From Candidatus Atribacteria bacterium (lineage in GTDB: Bacteria; Atribacterota; Phoenicimicrobiia; Phoenicimicrobiales; Stramentimicrobiaceae), in NCBI GenBank assembly GCA_029556475.1, contig JAKQEP010000007.1, positions 1,274-65,273 of the forward strand: DNA of 64,000 bases, given 5' to 3'. This document shows, piece by piece, positions 1-8,090 of the stretch. A program made the position numbers and the translations under genes. Position 1 is the stretch's first letter. Every line of letters begins with the position of its first letter. The notes under the pieces are model-generated. The model was not told the origin of the DNA. It saw nothing but the letters and a program-made list of their open reading frames with translations, and searched no databases.

Positions 1-312
1 GTGAAAAAAGATATGGGTGTAAATGAGGGAGGTTTTTAGTTCATAGTTTTTAGTTTTTAGAAAAGTGAAAGAGTGCGGATTGCAGAGTTAAGATGGAGAA
101 ACAAATAGTGTAGAGATAAATGAGGGATTAAAAAATAAATAATATGGGCAACAGAGGATGAGATTGCCACGCCTGCCAAAAGCAGGCTCGCAACGACAAA
201 GATAAAGATGGGGGAATAATTGTAAGGGGTTAATAGTTTATAGTTTTTAGATTTTGAATAAATGAAAAGAAAAAGAGTGTGGGAATAAGTGTGGGAGGTT
301 AATAGTTTGTGG
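1..312. repeat. Mosaic intergenic repeat block (heptamer arrays, gtggg-box, conserved-flank hairpin at 157-201)
   Basis: 1-60 is similar to 2629-2688. 70-94 is similar to 2566-2591. 157-201 is a hairpin module. Heptamer runs occur at 31-60, 229-252 and 297-312. Confidence 0.8.
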
Positions 313-317
313 TGTGG

Positions 318-354
318 GAAAAAGAAAAGCCTCCGGATTTTTATACCCGGAGGC
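318..354 (-). terminator. Rho-independent terminator after the SLH-porin gene
   Basis: 8-bp GC-rich stem gcctccgg (329-336) / ccggaggc (347-354). On the minus strand it is followed by TTTTCTTTTT. It starts about 38 nt after the stop at 392. Confidence 0.8.
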
Positions 355-391
355 TTGTGTTCTAGTTTGAAGTTAAGTTAATGATAAATGA

Positions 392-2089
392 TTAGAATTT
401 GACTTCGATACCAGCATAGATCTTGGTCACATCATTATTGATTACGAAATCATCATGGTCTGACCAGTCAGCAATATCGGCTTCCCAATCATTCATCTCA
501 ACACCGACCTTTAAGACAGTGTTTTTAGCTACGTCGTATCTTAATTGAGCTTCTGCACTGTAGAAAGGAGTAAATGCTGAGGCTACACGTCCTTCTACCA
601 CCAGTTTCATTGGATCATCCGGGAAGGCGTAAGAAACGTTAGCAACTGCTCTGTATACCGGTACTGCAGCAAATAAGTAGTCTCCGTATACATTAAAGGC
701 AAACTCGTCATCATCACCAAAGGTAAGATTCAGGTATGAAGCTTCTGCATAAATATCGCCGCTCTCCAGTCTGTATTGTCCAAAGATGTAGGCTTTTTCA
801 GCAGGATTATCTTCATTGATATTGGTGAAGTCTAACTGTACACCAATTCTATTTCTCTTGAGAGTAGCAAAATCAGACTTCATTCTGTAATCCCATTTTG
901 GAGTGACTTTGATCTGTAAGTCATCGTCATCATCTGTCAGCATGAAGCCCAGAGCAACATTTACACCAACTTCATCAGGATTGTAGGCACTGTTGTCAAG
1001 GTCGAAATCAGGATGAGTATACCAGCCTTTTACAGTTAAGTCTATGCAATCATCATCACCGAAGACAGCATTTACTTTGGCAGCTGCGCCATAAGTAATA
1101 TTGGCAAAAGCCAGGTCGCTTGCTACAGCACCTTCTAAAGCTAACTTAACTTTAGCATCATCATCGTCATCGGTTAAATTGAAAGCAACATTAGCCCCAC
1201 CAAAGACTAACCCTGCTATATTGTCATAACCTGCAGTTATACCAACTGGAATGTCATCATCATCACCTAAATTAAAGGCAACATTTAAGTAGTAGAAATC
1301 TTCTACATTCATGAAGGCAGTCCAGGTGCCAAGATCTTCGTCGCTATCCCACTCCCACTGAGCCCATACGCCTGGGAATTCTTCATTTTCATCAAAATCA
1401 TAGACTAATCCCAAACCGATGGTATCAGGTGCGATATCACTGGAAATCCATAAGTTCCAATCACCGGCATATTTCAGGTTGTATTTACGAGGAGTGATGG
1501 TTACTGGCCCATTAAGAACATTATCAATTCTTAATTGAACTTCAGCAGTAGTTTCAGGATTAATTTCAGCTGCAAGTTTTAGGTCAACTCGATCAGTTAA
1601 AGTGGCAGGAGCCAGGGGATCACCGGACATGTCATAAACACCCTTACTGTAGTTAGCCTTCCATGTGCCGCTGATTTTTAAGGGCTCAAAGAATTTTTCA
1701 TGCTTGTCAACAACTGCCTTCATAGCAGCAATGGCTTCGCTGTGTTCACCGACAGTTGCTTCCAGGTCAGCTACAGTAACACCCAGGCTGGCTAATTCAT
1801 CGGCAAACTCTACTGCCAGTTTGGAAAGAATTTCTACATCTTCTCTAATTCCTCCATACTGTTCAACATAAGCTAACAATCTGGCGGTTGCTTCAGCAAA
1901 CTCGTAACGGGTTAATGTTCTCTGACCACCAAAAGTGCCATCGGGGTAACCAATGACAACACCTTTTGCTGCTAAAGTCTGAACTGCATCATAAGCCCAA
2001 TGTGTTAGAGGGACATCAACAAAAGGATTAGCTAAAGCCGGAATTGTAAGAGCAAGTACCATTAACAATACTAATGCTAATTTTTTCAT
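392..2089 (-). CDS. OmpM-type outer-membrane protein: signal peptide, N-terminal SLH domain, coiled-coil linker and C-terminal beta-barrel
   Basis: Signal peptide MKKLALVLLMVLALTIPALA. SLH motif FVDVPLTHWAYDAVQTLAAKGVVIGYPDGTFGGQRTLTRYEFA. Alternating hydrophobic strands in the C-terminal part. C-terminal ...IEVKF has a terminal Phe, typical of BAM substrates. RBS aaggag lies 5 nt before the ATG. Confidence 0.85.
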   Translation of the reverse strand: MKKLALVLLMVLALTIPALANPFVDVPLTHWAYDAVQTLAAKGVVIGYPDGTFGGQRTLTRYEFAEATARLLAYVEQYGGIREDVEILSKLAVEFADELASLGVTVADLEATVGEHSEAIAAMKAVVDKHEKFFEPLKISGTWKANYSKGVYDMSGDPLAPATLTDRVDLKLAAEINPETTAEVQLRIDNVLNGPVTITPRKYNLKYAGDWNLWISSDIAPDTIGLGLVYDFDENEEFPGVWAQWEWDSDEDLGTWTAFMNVEDFYYLNVAFNLGDDDDIPVGITAGYDNIAGLVFGGANVAFNLTDDDDDAKVKLALEGAVASDLAFANITYGAAAKVNAVFGDDDCIDLTVKGWYTHPDFDLDNSAYNPDEVGVNVALGFMLTDDDDDLQIKVTPKWDYRMKSDFATLKRNRIGVQLDFTNINEDNPAEKAYIFGQYRLESGDIYAEASYLNLTFGDDDEFAFNVYGDYLFAAVPVYRAVANVSYAFPDDPMKLVVEGRVASAFTPFYSAEAQLRYDVAKNTVLKVGVEMNDWEADIADWSDHDDFVINNDVTKIYAGIEVKF

Positions 2090-2361
2090 GTTTTCTCCTT
2101 GGTATTTATTTTTTTATTTCCAGCTTAATTCCTTTCATAAAGACATCAATTAGTCGAGTATCCTTCGTTTCCTCTCTAAGATGTTTTTTAAAAGAATCAA
2201 GATGGATGTTTGCACCATTTCTGAACAAACAAAGCAGGTACCAATATTTTCACCTCCTTTCTTCCCGCTTTATTTATAATTTGAGATGGCACAAAATATT
2301 TGATTATTGTTTTTTAAGCAGATTATTTAGTAGAAAAATTATATCAAAGAGCTTTTTTAAT

Positions 2362-2391
2362 ATTATAGGATGGTAAATTTGTGAATGTCAA
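2362..2391 (-). promoter_or_regulatory. Near-consensus sigma-70-type promoter upstream of the SLH-porin gene
   Basis: On the minus strand: TTGACA (2391-2386), an 18-nt spacer, then TATAAT (2367-2362). This implies a leader of about 265 nt before the ATG at 2089. Confidence 0.55.
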
Positions 2392-2565
2392 GCTTTTCTA
2401 TATAAAAAATATTTATATTTCCCTGTTTATAAAATAAATCAAATAATTATATATTGATTTATTCTTTATTTTATAGCTTTTTCTTTTTAAAATCAAGTAC
2501 AAGTGTAAAAAACCCCTACTAAAATTTTACACTAACTGTAAAAAATGATGGGGTAAGGAAGCAAT

Positions 2566-2960
2566 AGAGTGCGAGTTACAGAGTATAAGATTGTATAATA
2601 GTCGTTGGTCGATAGTAGTTGGTATTTAGTGAAAAAGATGTGGGAATAAATGAGAGAAGTTCATGGTTTTTAGTTTATGGTTTTTAGTTATAAGATGTGG
2701 GTAAAAGTGGAAGGGGTTTATGGTTTTTTGTTTATGGTTTTTGGTATAAGATAAAGAAAAAGATGTGGGATGTAAGTGGATGAGATTGCTTCGCTCCCTT
2801 CGGTCGCTCGCAAAGACGGAGGAGGGGGGGGGATGTTGCAATGACATTATGGTGGACATAAATGTTGGTGTAAGGTTTATGGTTTTTTGTTTATGGTTTT
2901 TGGTATAAGATAAAGAAAAAGAAGCTGTTGAGGTTTAAATAATAGGATTTTAGTTTTTAA
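2566..2960. repeat. Mosaic intergenic repeat block including a 49-bp perfect direct repeat (2715-2763 / 2874-2922), a hairpin module (2779-2848) and a G9 tract (2824-2832)
   Basis: Direct comparison of the two copies shows them to be identical. The modules are shared with the blocks at 1-312, 4393-4625, 14338-14630, 38437-38580 and 42651-42862. Confidence 0.85.
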
Positions 2961-2988
2961 GCTGAGCATGCCTTTATACTCAAGATAA

Positions 2989-4119
2989 TTAGTGGATAAT
3001 TTTTGTTGCTTCCATTCTGACCTTAAATGGACCGGAGGTCCAGGTATCATTTAAGGCAATTATCCTTATTTCCATCCCTGTTTCGCTCTGCACAATATCT
3101 CTGACCATCTCAAAGAGATTAACCGCAGAGATGGTGCCTACTAAACTGGTGCGCGGTTCTGGTATAACTCCCTCCTGTACCGCCCTTAGATTTACTTTGC
3201 GTAAGATAGAAAACAGTCTATCTTCAGCTTCCTTAGGAATTTTTATTACCGGTATCTCCTCCACTAAAATAACCTCATCTTTGTGAAAAATCAGCCTGTT
3301 TTCCAGTATAGCAAAATTGGCAATAACAACTTCACCCCTGATAACATTCATTGAAGCCAAGATGCGTACAATTAATTCTTCCTGGCTTTGACCTATCCTG
3401 TCTATTAAATCATCGAATTCTCTTTTAGAAATAATAAGTACCTGCCCGGTTTTCTCATCCGGTTCCGCTCCTAATTCCAGCACTTTTCCAGTTGCCTGAC
3501 TGAGAAGAGCAAAGAGTTCTTGTTCAATTTCTTCTTTTGCTCCTCCACCTTGAATTATGGTCATAGCGATCTCTTCACCTTGATCTATAATGATATCTCC
3601 GCTTCTTAACCAGTTAATTCCTGAATAAAGGGCTTTTATCGTTTCTTCTAATTCAACAATTTCCCCCTGTAAATTATCCCTCTCTTCAGTTAGCCTTTGT
3701 CTGGTATCAATCAAAGACTCCAATTGCCCTGTCTGTAGTTCAATCTGTTTATTCAGTATAGAGAAATTCTCTTCTAATTCTTCTAATTCCAATGTCTTTT
3801 CTTCTAATTCTCTGCGGGCATCTTCAATCATAACATTTCTTATCTTTATCTCCTGGGTAAGTTCGTATTGTCTCTGCCGTAGTTCGTCCAGACCAAACAG
3901 AGCTGTACGAACATCATTGGAAAGCATAGACAAAATAGTGATGGTCAGGATAGAGATGATTATCCCAGTTAAGATAGTGATAAATACAGCAGTGCGGTGA
4001 GGACGCCAGCCGAAAATACTAATTTTCTTTTTCCCCACACGGAAACCGGTTAAGTCTCCAATGTAGGCTATCGCTCCACTGATTAGAATCAGAGTTAATA
4101 TCAGTATAATGCTATACAT
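2989..4119 (-). CDS. DUF3084-like membrane protein (N-terminal TM pair, long coiled coil, C-terminal globular domain)
   Basis: The N-terminus MYSIILILTLILISGAIAYIGDLTGFRVGKKKISIFGWRPHRTAVFITILTG resembles the DUF3084 family as I remember it. A heptad-rich E/L/Q segment follows. Family assignment is from memory, not from a search. Confidence 0.6.
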   Translation of the reverse strand: MYSIILILTLILISGAIAYIGDLTGFRVGKKKISIFGWRPHRTAVFITILTGIIISILTITILSMLSNDVRTALFGLDELRQRQYELTQEIKIRNVMIEDARRELEEKTLELEELEENFSILNKQIELQTGQLESLIDTRQRLTEERDNLQGEIVELEETIKALYSGINWLRSGDIIIDQGEEIAMTIIQGGGAKEEIEQELFALLSQATGKVLELGAEPDEKTGQVLIISKREFDDLIDRIGQSQEELIVRILASMNVIRGEVVIANFAILENRLIFHKDEVILVEEIPVIKIPKEAEDRLFSILRKVNLRAVQEGVIPEPRTSLVGTISAVNLFEMVRDIVQSETGMEIRIIALNDTWTSGPFKVRMEATKIIH

Positions 4120-4129
4120 ATCTCATAAT

Positions 4130-4402
4130 GTTATCAGGGGGAAACCCCTGAAACTCCTTTAAAAGAAAGATTTTGGTTTTTAGTTTATAGTTTTTGGTAA
4201 TAATAATTTTGGGTTTGAAATACTTTGTCAAAACAGGTAACTTATTAGATTATCTAGGTAATTTAGTCAAGAGAAAAATTCCTTTAACTCTCTTTAATAA
4301 AAGATAAAGAAATACAACTTTTTTGCATATAATCAAGTATATATGTAAACAAGTTATCAGGGGGAAACCCCTGAAACTCCTTTAAAAGAAAGATTTTGGT
4401 TT
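4130..4402. repeat. 50-bp perfect direct repeat (4130-4179 and 4353-4402), each copy carrying the hairpin cagggg-gaaa-cccctg
   Basis: Character-by-character comparison gives identical copies: gttatcagggggaaacccctgaaactcctttaaaagaaagattttggttt. The period is 223 bp. Confidence 0.9.
4242..4270 (-). promoter_or_regulatory. Candidate promoter for the DUF3084 gene
   Basis: On the minus strand: TTGACT (4270-4265), a 17-nt spacer, then TAATAA (4247-4242). Confidence 0.35.
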
Positions 4403-4625
4403 ATGGTTTATAGTTTTTGGTTTATAGTTTTTGGTTAAATACAAATACAAAGAGCGTGGGAATAAATGAATGTGATTGCCACGTCACTTCGTTCCTCGCA
4501 ATGACAAAAGATATAAAAGCTCCTAGCAATGACAAATTCGTTGTGTTCTGTGTTCTGTGTTCTGTGCGTATTGCGTTAAAATCAGTATACCGTAAAATCA
4601 GTCGTTGTCCGTTAGTATTTAAACG
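4397..4625. repeat. Mosaic intergenic repeat block (heptamer arrays 4397-4438 and 4544-4578, gtggg-box, hairpin module 4468-4536)
   Basis: tggttta tggttta tagtttt tggttta tagtttt tggttaa; (tgttctg)x3 then tgcgtat tgcgtta; gattgcc...ctcgcaatgacaaaag followed by a second agcaatgacaaa. Confidence 0.85.
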
Positions 4626-5348
4626 TTAAAGGGTAAAGCGTTCACCAAGATAATATTTTCGGCTTATTTCCGAGTTAGCAACTTCAGAAGGGAGACCGGA
4701 GGCGAGTATTTGACCATCATGCATAATGTAGGTACGGTCGGTAATTTTCATAGTTTCCCGGACATTATGGTCAGTAATAAGGATACCCAACCCCTTTTCT
4801 TTCAGGTAGCTGATTATTTCCTGAATATCGTAAACTGCAATGGGGTCTATTCCGGTAAAAGGTTCATCAAGCAGAATAAAGGTGGGTGAGCTTGCTAAAG
4901 TACGGGCAATCTCCACTCTCCTGCGCTCGCCACCGGAAAGCATATACCCTTTATAATCAGCCAGGTGTTCAATCTCTAACTCCTTTAACATTTTACGGCA
5001 CCTATTATCCCATTCTTTACGGTCAACCCCAAGCGTCTCCAGCATTAACAGGATGTTTTCCTCAACGGTCAATTTTCGAAATATGGATGGTTCCTGGGCT
5101 AAATAACCCAATCCCATTCTTGCACGGCGAAACATAGGAGCATGGGTAATATCTTTGCCTCTAAAAAAGACTTGCCCCTTATCAGGTCGAATCAATCCTA
5201 CTATCATATAAAAGGTAGTTGTTTTACCAGCCCCATTAGAGCCGAGTAAGCCAACTACCTCTCCTTTGTTAATTTCTATATTAACCTCATTAACTACTTT
5301 TCGCTTACGATAAACTTTTACCAGTTGTTCGGTCCATATTTTTTCCAA
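4626..5348 (-). CDS. lptB: LPS export ABC transporter ATP-binding protein LptB
   Basis: Walker A GSNGAGKTT, ABC signature LSGGERRR, Walker B ILLDEP. The 240-aa length and C-terminal ...YLGERFTL are typical of LptB. Confidence 0.85.
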   Translation of the reverse strand: MEKIWTEQLVKVYRKRKVVNEVNIEINKGEVVGLLGSNGAGKTTTFYMIVGLIRPDKGQVFFRGKDITHAPMFRRARMGLGYLAQEPSIFRKLTVEENILLMLETLGVDRKEWDNRCRKMLKELEIEHLADYKGYMLSGGERRRVEIARTLASSPTFILLDEPFTGIDPIAVYDIQEIISYLKEKGLGILITDHNVRETMKITDRTYIMHDGQILASGLPSEVANSEISRKYYLGERFTL

Positions 5349-5443
5349 TTATTTCTCCTGTAAAATGATAAATGGCTAAAAACGGGATAACTGTTACATT
5401 GCTTAGCGCTTATCTAATAAAATAATTATAATCATTTTCTTAT

Positions 5444-5977
5444 TTATTTTTTACTGGCAGTTATTTTCTGAATTTCAGCAATCACATCCTGGGTAAGATT
5501 TTCACCACCGAATAAAATAATGGGATATTCATTTAGCTCATTTCCAGTAAATACCGGGACTTCGCTATTGATAATAGACAGGTATTTACCTTTTTCACCC
5601 ACAGCTTTTATTGCTTGTAAAATATCAGAATTTCTTTCTGCCTGCAAAGCCTGCATCTGAGACAATATTTTTTGCTTCACCGGGTCCCATTCTATATTAA
5701 ATTTTTCCTCCAACTTTTTCAGTTCTGTCTCTTCCAGTCCTTTACCCTCTTCGTTTAGTTTTGACTGTCTGGCCGACAATTCTGTTCTTAGTTCCAGTTC
5801 CAGCTGTTTGATTTTTTCAGTATTAGGATGACTGGCATTAACTCTGGCCAGGCTAATATAGCCAATATTCTGTGCAAGGGCACTCATTGAGAATAGAGTT
5901 ACTATAAAAACGATTAATGCTGATAAAAAGATGACTCTGTACCTATTTATCATTGTTGCCTTCAAGCTAAAAGCCAT
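5444..5977 (-). CDS. OmpH/Skp-like periplasmic chaperone
   Basis: 177 aa with a signal or anchor segment and a coiled-coil-rich K/E/L body. It lies immediately downstream of bamA, the canonical position for skp. Confidence 0.6.
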   Translation of the reverse strand: MAFSLKATMINRYRVIFLSALIVFIVTLFSMSALAQNIGYISLARVNASHPNTEKIKQLELELRTELSARQSKLNEEGKGLEETELKKLEEKFNIEWDPVKQKILSQMQALQAERNSDILQAIKAVGEKGKYLSIINSEVPVFTGNELNEYPIILFGGENLTQDVIAEIQKITASKK

Positions 5978-6072
5978 TTACTACTTCCTCCTTAATTTAT
6001 AAATCCACTGTATTTAATAATATTTTTAAAAAATTCTTATTATTATTTTATTCTTTCCTTCAGAATAGAAAT

Positions 6073-7821
6073 TTAAAAAGTATGCCCAATACTGAAATAA
6101 GCCTTTCCTTCTTGATCACCCTCACCAAAACCATAATCGATACTTATTGGTCCTAAGAAGGTATCAAATCGTATCCCTATACCTTTACCAAATTTCAAAT
6201 CTACAAATCCTATAGACTCACCATAATTCCAGGCATCTCCCCAGTCAGCAAAGAGTACTGCCTGTAAGTTTTCTGAAATGGGAAAACGGTATTCAACATT
6301 AAAAATAAGAGAATTATCACCTATGAATTCTTTGTATTCATATCCCCTAATAGTACCTAATCCCCCTATTTCATATTTTGCAAAAGAAGGCAAAGAGGTG
6401 CTTCCGATTCCTACCACTGCTCTTAAAGCCAGAACACCCTGATTTATGGTACCACTGATGGTAGTCTCTTCTGTCTTTGGTTCTTCTTTAAAAATATTGG
6501 TAGAAAGATATGTACGCAAATCTAAATCATATTTTCGAAAATCGTAATCTCCACCCAATATACCTCCGGCATTTTGAATAGAGGCAGTGCCATACCATCC
6601 TTCTTTAGGATTAAAGCGGTCATCACGGGTATCGTAAATCACTATAGGCCTGAAACTGTTAGCTACCCCTTCTTGAATATTAGAGGGCAGCTTACCGGAT
6701 ATTAGCTTATAGGTGGCTTCCTCAGTTTTTAACTCTAAGCCAATTTTTAGATATTCTTTAAAATTTCTCCCGAAGGTAAGTTTACCACCCAATCTTTCCA
6801 TTTCATATTTTGAATCAACACCATCAATTTTTTTATTAACTTCCAGGTAGGTGTCATAGACATCAAGACCAAAAAAAGTAGGAGTATTTGCCAGCCAGGG
6901 CTCATAGAAAGAAAAACTGTATGTAGTTCTAGCACCCACTTCCAGCTTTGCTTCTACACTCTGCCCACTTCCAAAAAGGTTGGATTCTTTTACACTGGCA
7001 TAAGCAAAGAGACCCTCGCCGGTACTGTAACCGCCTCCCCCTCCTAATAAACCGGTAGTTTTTTCTTTAACTTCAATTACCACTACAATCAGATTTTCAT
7101 TACTGCCAGGTTCTAATCTCATAGAGACATCTTCAAAAAACCCAAGGTTATAAATGTCCTGTAAAGATTTCCTTATTCTGCTGAAATCAAATAATTCTCC
7201 GGGCTCAATATCCAATTCACGCCTTATTACTCTATCTACTGTCTTCTCATTACCACTAATTTTTATCTCTTCGATAACCCCTTCTGCAAGCTTAATTGAA
7301 AGTGCACCGGTATTCTGGTTAAAATCAAACTCCTCCAGTTGAGCTAGAATTAAACCTTTGTCTTTGTATAATTGAGAAATTCTATCCAGGTCATTCTTTA
7401 ATATTTTTTGAGAAAAGACCTGTCCCTCTCGCAAGACCATAACTTTTTTAATTTCTTCCTCTTTTAATATAGTGCTTCCCTCTACAATAATATCTTTTAT
7501 CAGGGAATTTTCTTTAACCTGAAAGACAACACGATAACCATCTCTGAACGGCTCTAATTTAACCTGAACATCCTGAAAATAGCCTAAATCAAAGAGTGCC
7601 TTCATATCAGCCTGAACCTTATCTTTAGAAAAGAGGTCACCAATATTGGAAGAAATCAAAGAAACTAAAAACTTGGTATCAATTTGTTCATTACCCCGTA
7701 CTACAATAGCGGTAATTCTACCATTATTCTGGGCAAAAACTGTAGGGCTTAATGACAGGAAAAGCAGCATTAAGAATATGGAAAAAAATAAAAAACATTT
7801 TATTTTTGTTTTATTATTCAA
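6073..7821 (-). CDS. bamA: Outer membrane protein assembly factor BamA (POTRA repeats plus Omp85 barrel)
   Basis: Signal peptide, POTRA-like repeats (e.g. ITAIVVRGNEQIDTKFL, IKDIIVEGSTILKEEEI, IEEIKISGNEKT), an Omp85 C-terminal barrel and a terminal ...SIGHTF. Confidence 0.9.
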   Translation of the reverse strand: MNNKTKIKCFLFFSIFLMLLFLSLSPTVFAQNNGRITAIVVRGNEQIDTKFLVSLISSNIGDLFSKDKVQADMKALFDLGYFQDVQVKLEPFRDGYRVVFQVKENSLIKDIIVEGSTILKEEEIKKVMVLREGQVFSQKILKNDLDRISQLYKDKGLILAQLEEFDFNQNTGALSIKLAEGVIEEIKISGNEKTVDRVIRRELDIEPGELFDFSRIRKSLQDIYNLGFFEDVSMRLEPGSNENLIVVVIEVKEKTTGLLGGGGGYSTGEGLFAYASVKESNLFGSGQSVEAKLEVGARTTYSFSFYEPWLANTPTFFGLDVYDTYLEVNKKIDGVDSKYEMERLGGKLTFGRNFKEYLKIGLELKTEEATYKLISGKLPSNIQEGVANSFRPIVIYDTRDDRFNPKEGWYGTASIQNAGGILGGDYDFRKYDLDLRTYLSTNIFKEEPKTEETTISGTINQGVLALRAVVGIGSTSLPSFAKYEIGGLGTIRGYEYKEFIGDNSLIFNVEYRFPISENLQAVLFADWGDAWNYGESIGFVDLKFGKGIGIRFDTFLGPISIDYGFGEGDQEGKAYFSIGHTF

Positions 7822-8090
7822 TTTGTTTTCCCTCCCGGATATTTATTCTTCTCAATTATTTTTCAAAATATTTCTATCTTAATTTAATAAAATCTATTCT
7901 CAATACAAACAATATTCGAAATCTGTACAAATTAATAAAGGTACAACATCTTAAAAAAGATACAGGCATCTCTCTGTCAAGGTAACTTCAGGTTTTATAT
8001 TTTAGCTGTCTAATAGCATTTTATCCTTTATATTATATAACATATCTTAAAATATCTAAACTAATTTTATAAAAATATTTTTTATTTAGT

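Noticed and set aside
2626-2859. Track ORFs inside intergenic repeat blocks (2626-2859, 4417-4629, 14175-14465, 42628-42819, 2074-2376)
   Set aside because: They are read-throughs of the heptamer arrays and hairpin modules, giving peptide strings such as ...FASDRRERSNLI... and ...IATSLRSSQ.... They lack an RBS, and their content recurs as DNA repeats in both orientations. That argues for repeat DNA rather than coding sequence.
4397-4438. Telomere-like appearance of the G/T-rich heptamers (TTTATGG / TTTTTGG)
   Set aside because: The arrays are internal, short, in both orientations, and embedded in ordinary bacterial operon spacers. Nothing suggests a linear replicon end.
2566-4625. Possible CRISPR array, given the many short repeats in intergenic DNA
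   Set aside because: The repeat units are 7-bp tandem or degenerate modules, not 24-40-bp identical repeats separated by unique 30-40-bp spacers. The two long perfect repeats occur only twice each. There are no cas genes in the window.
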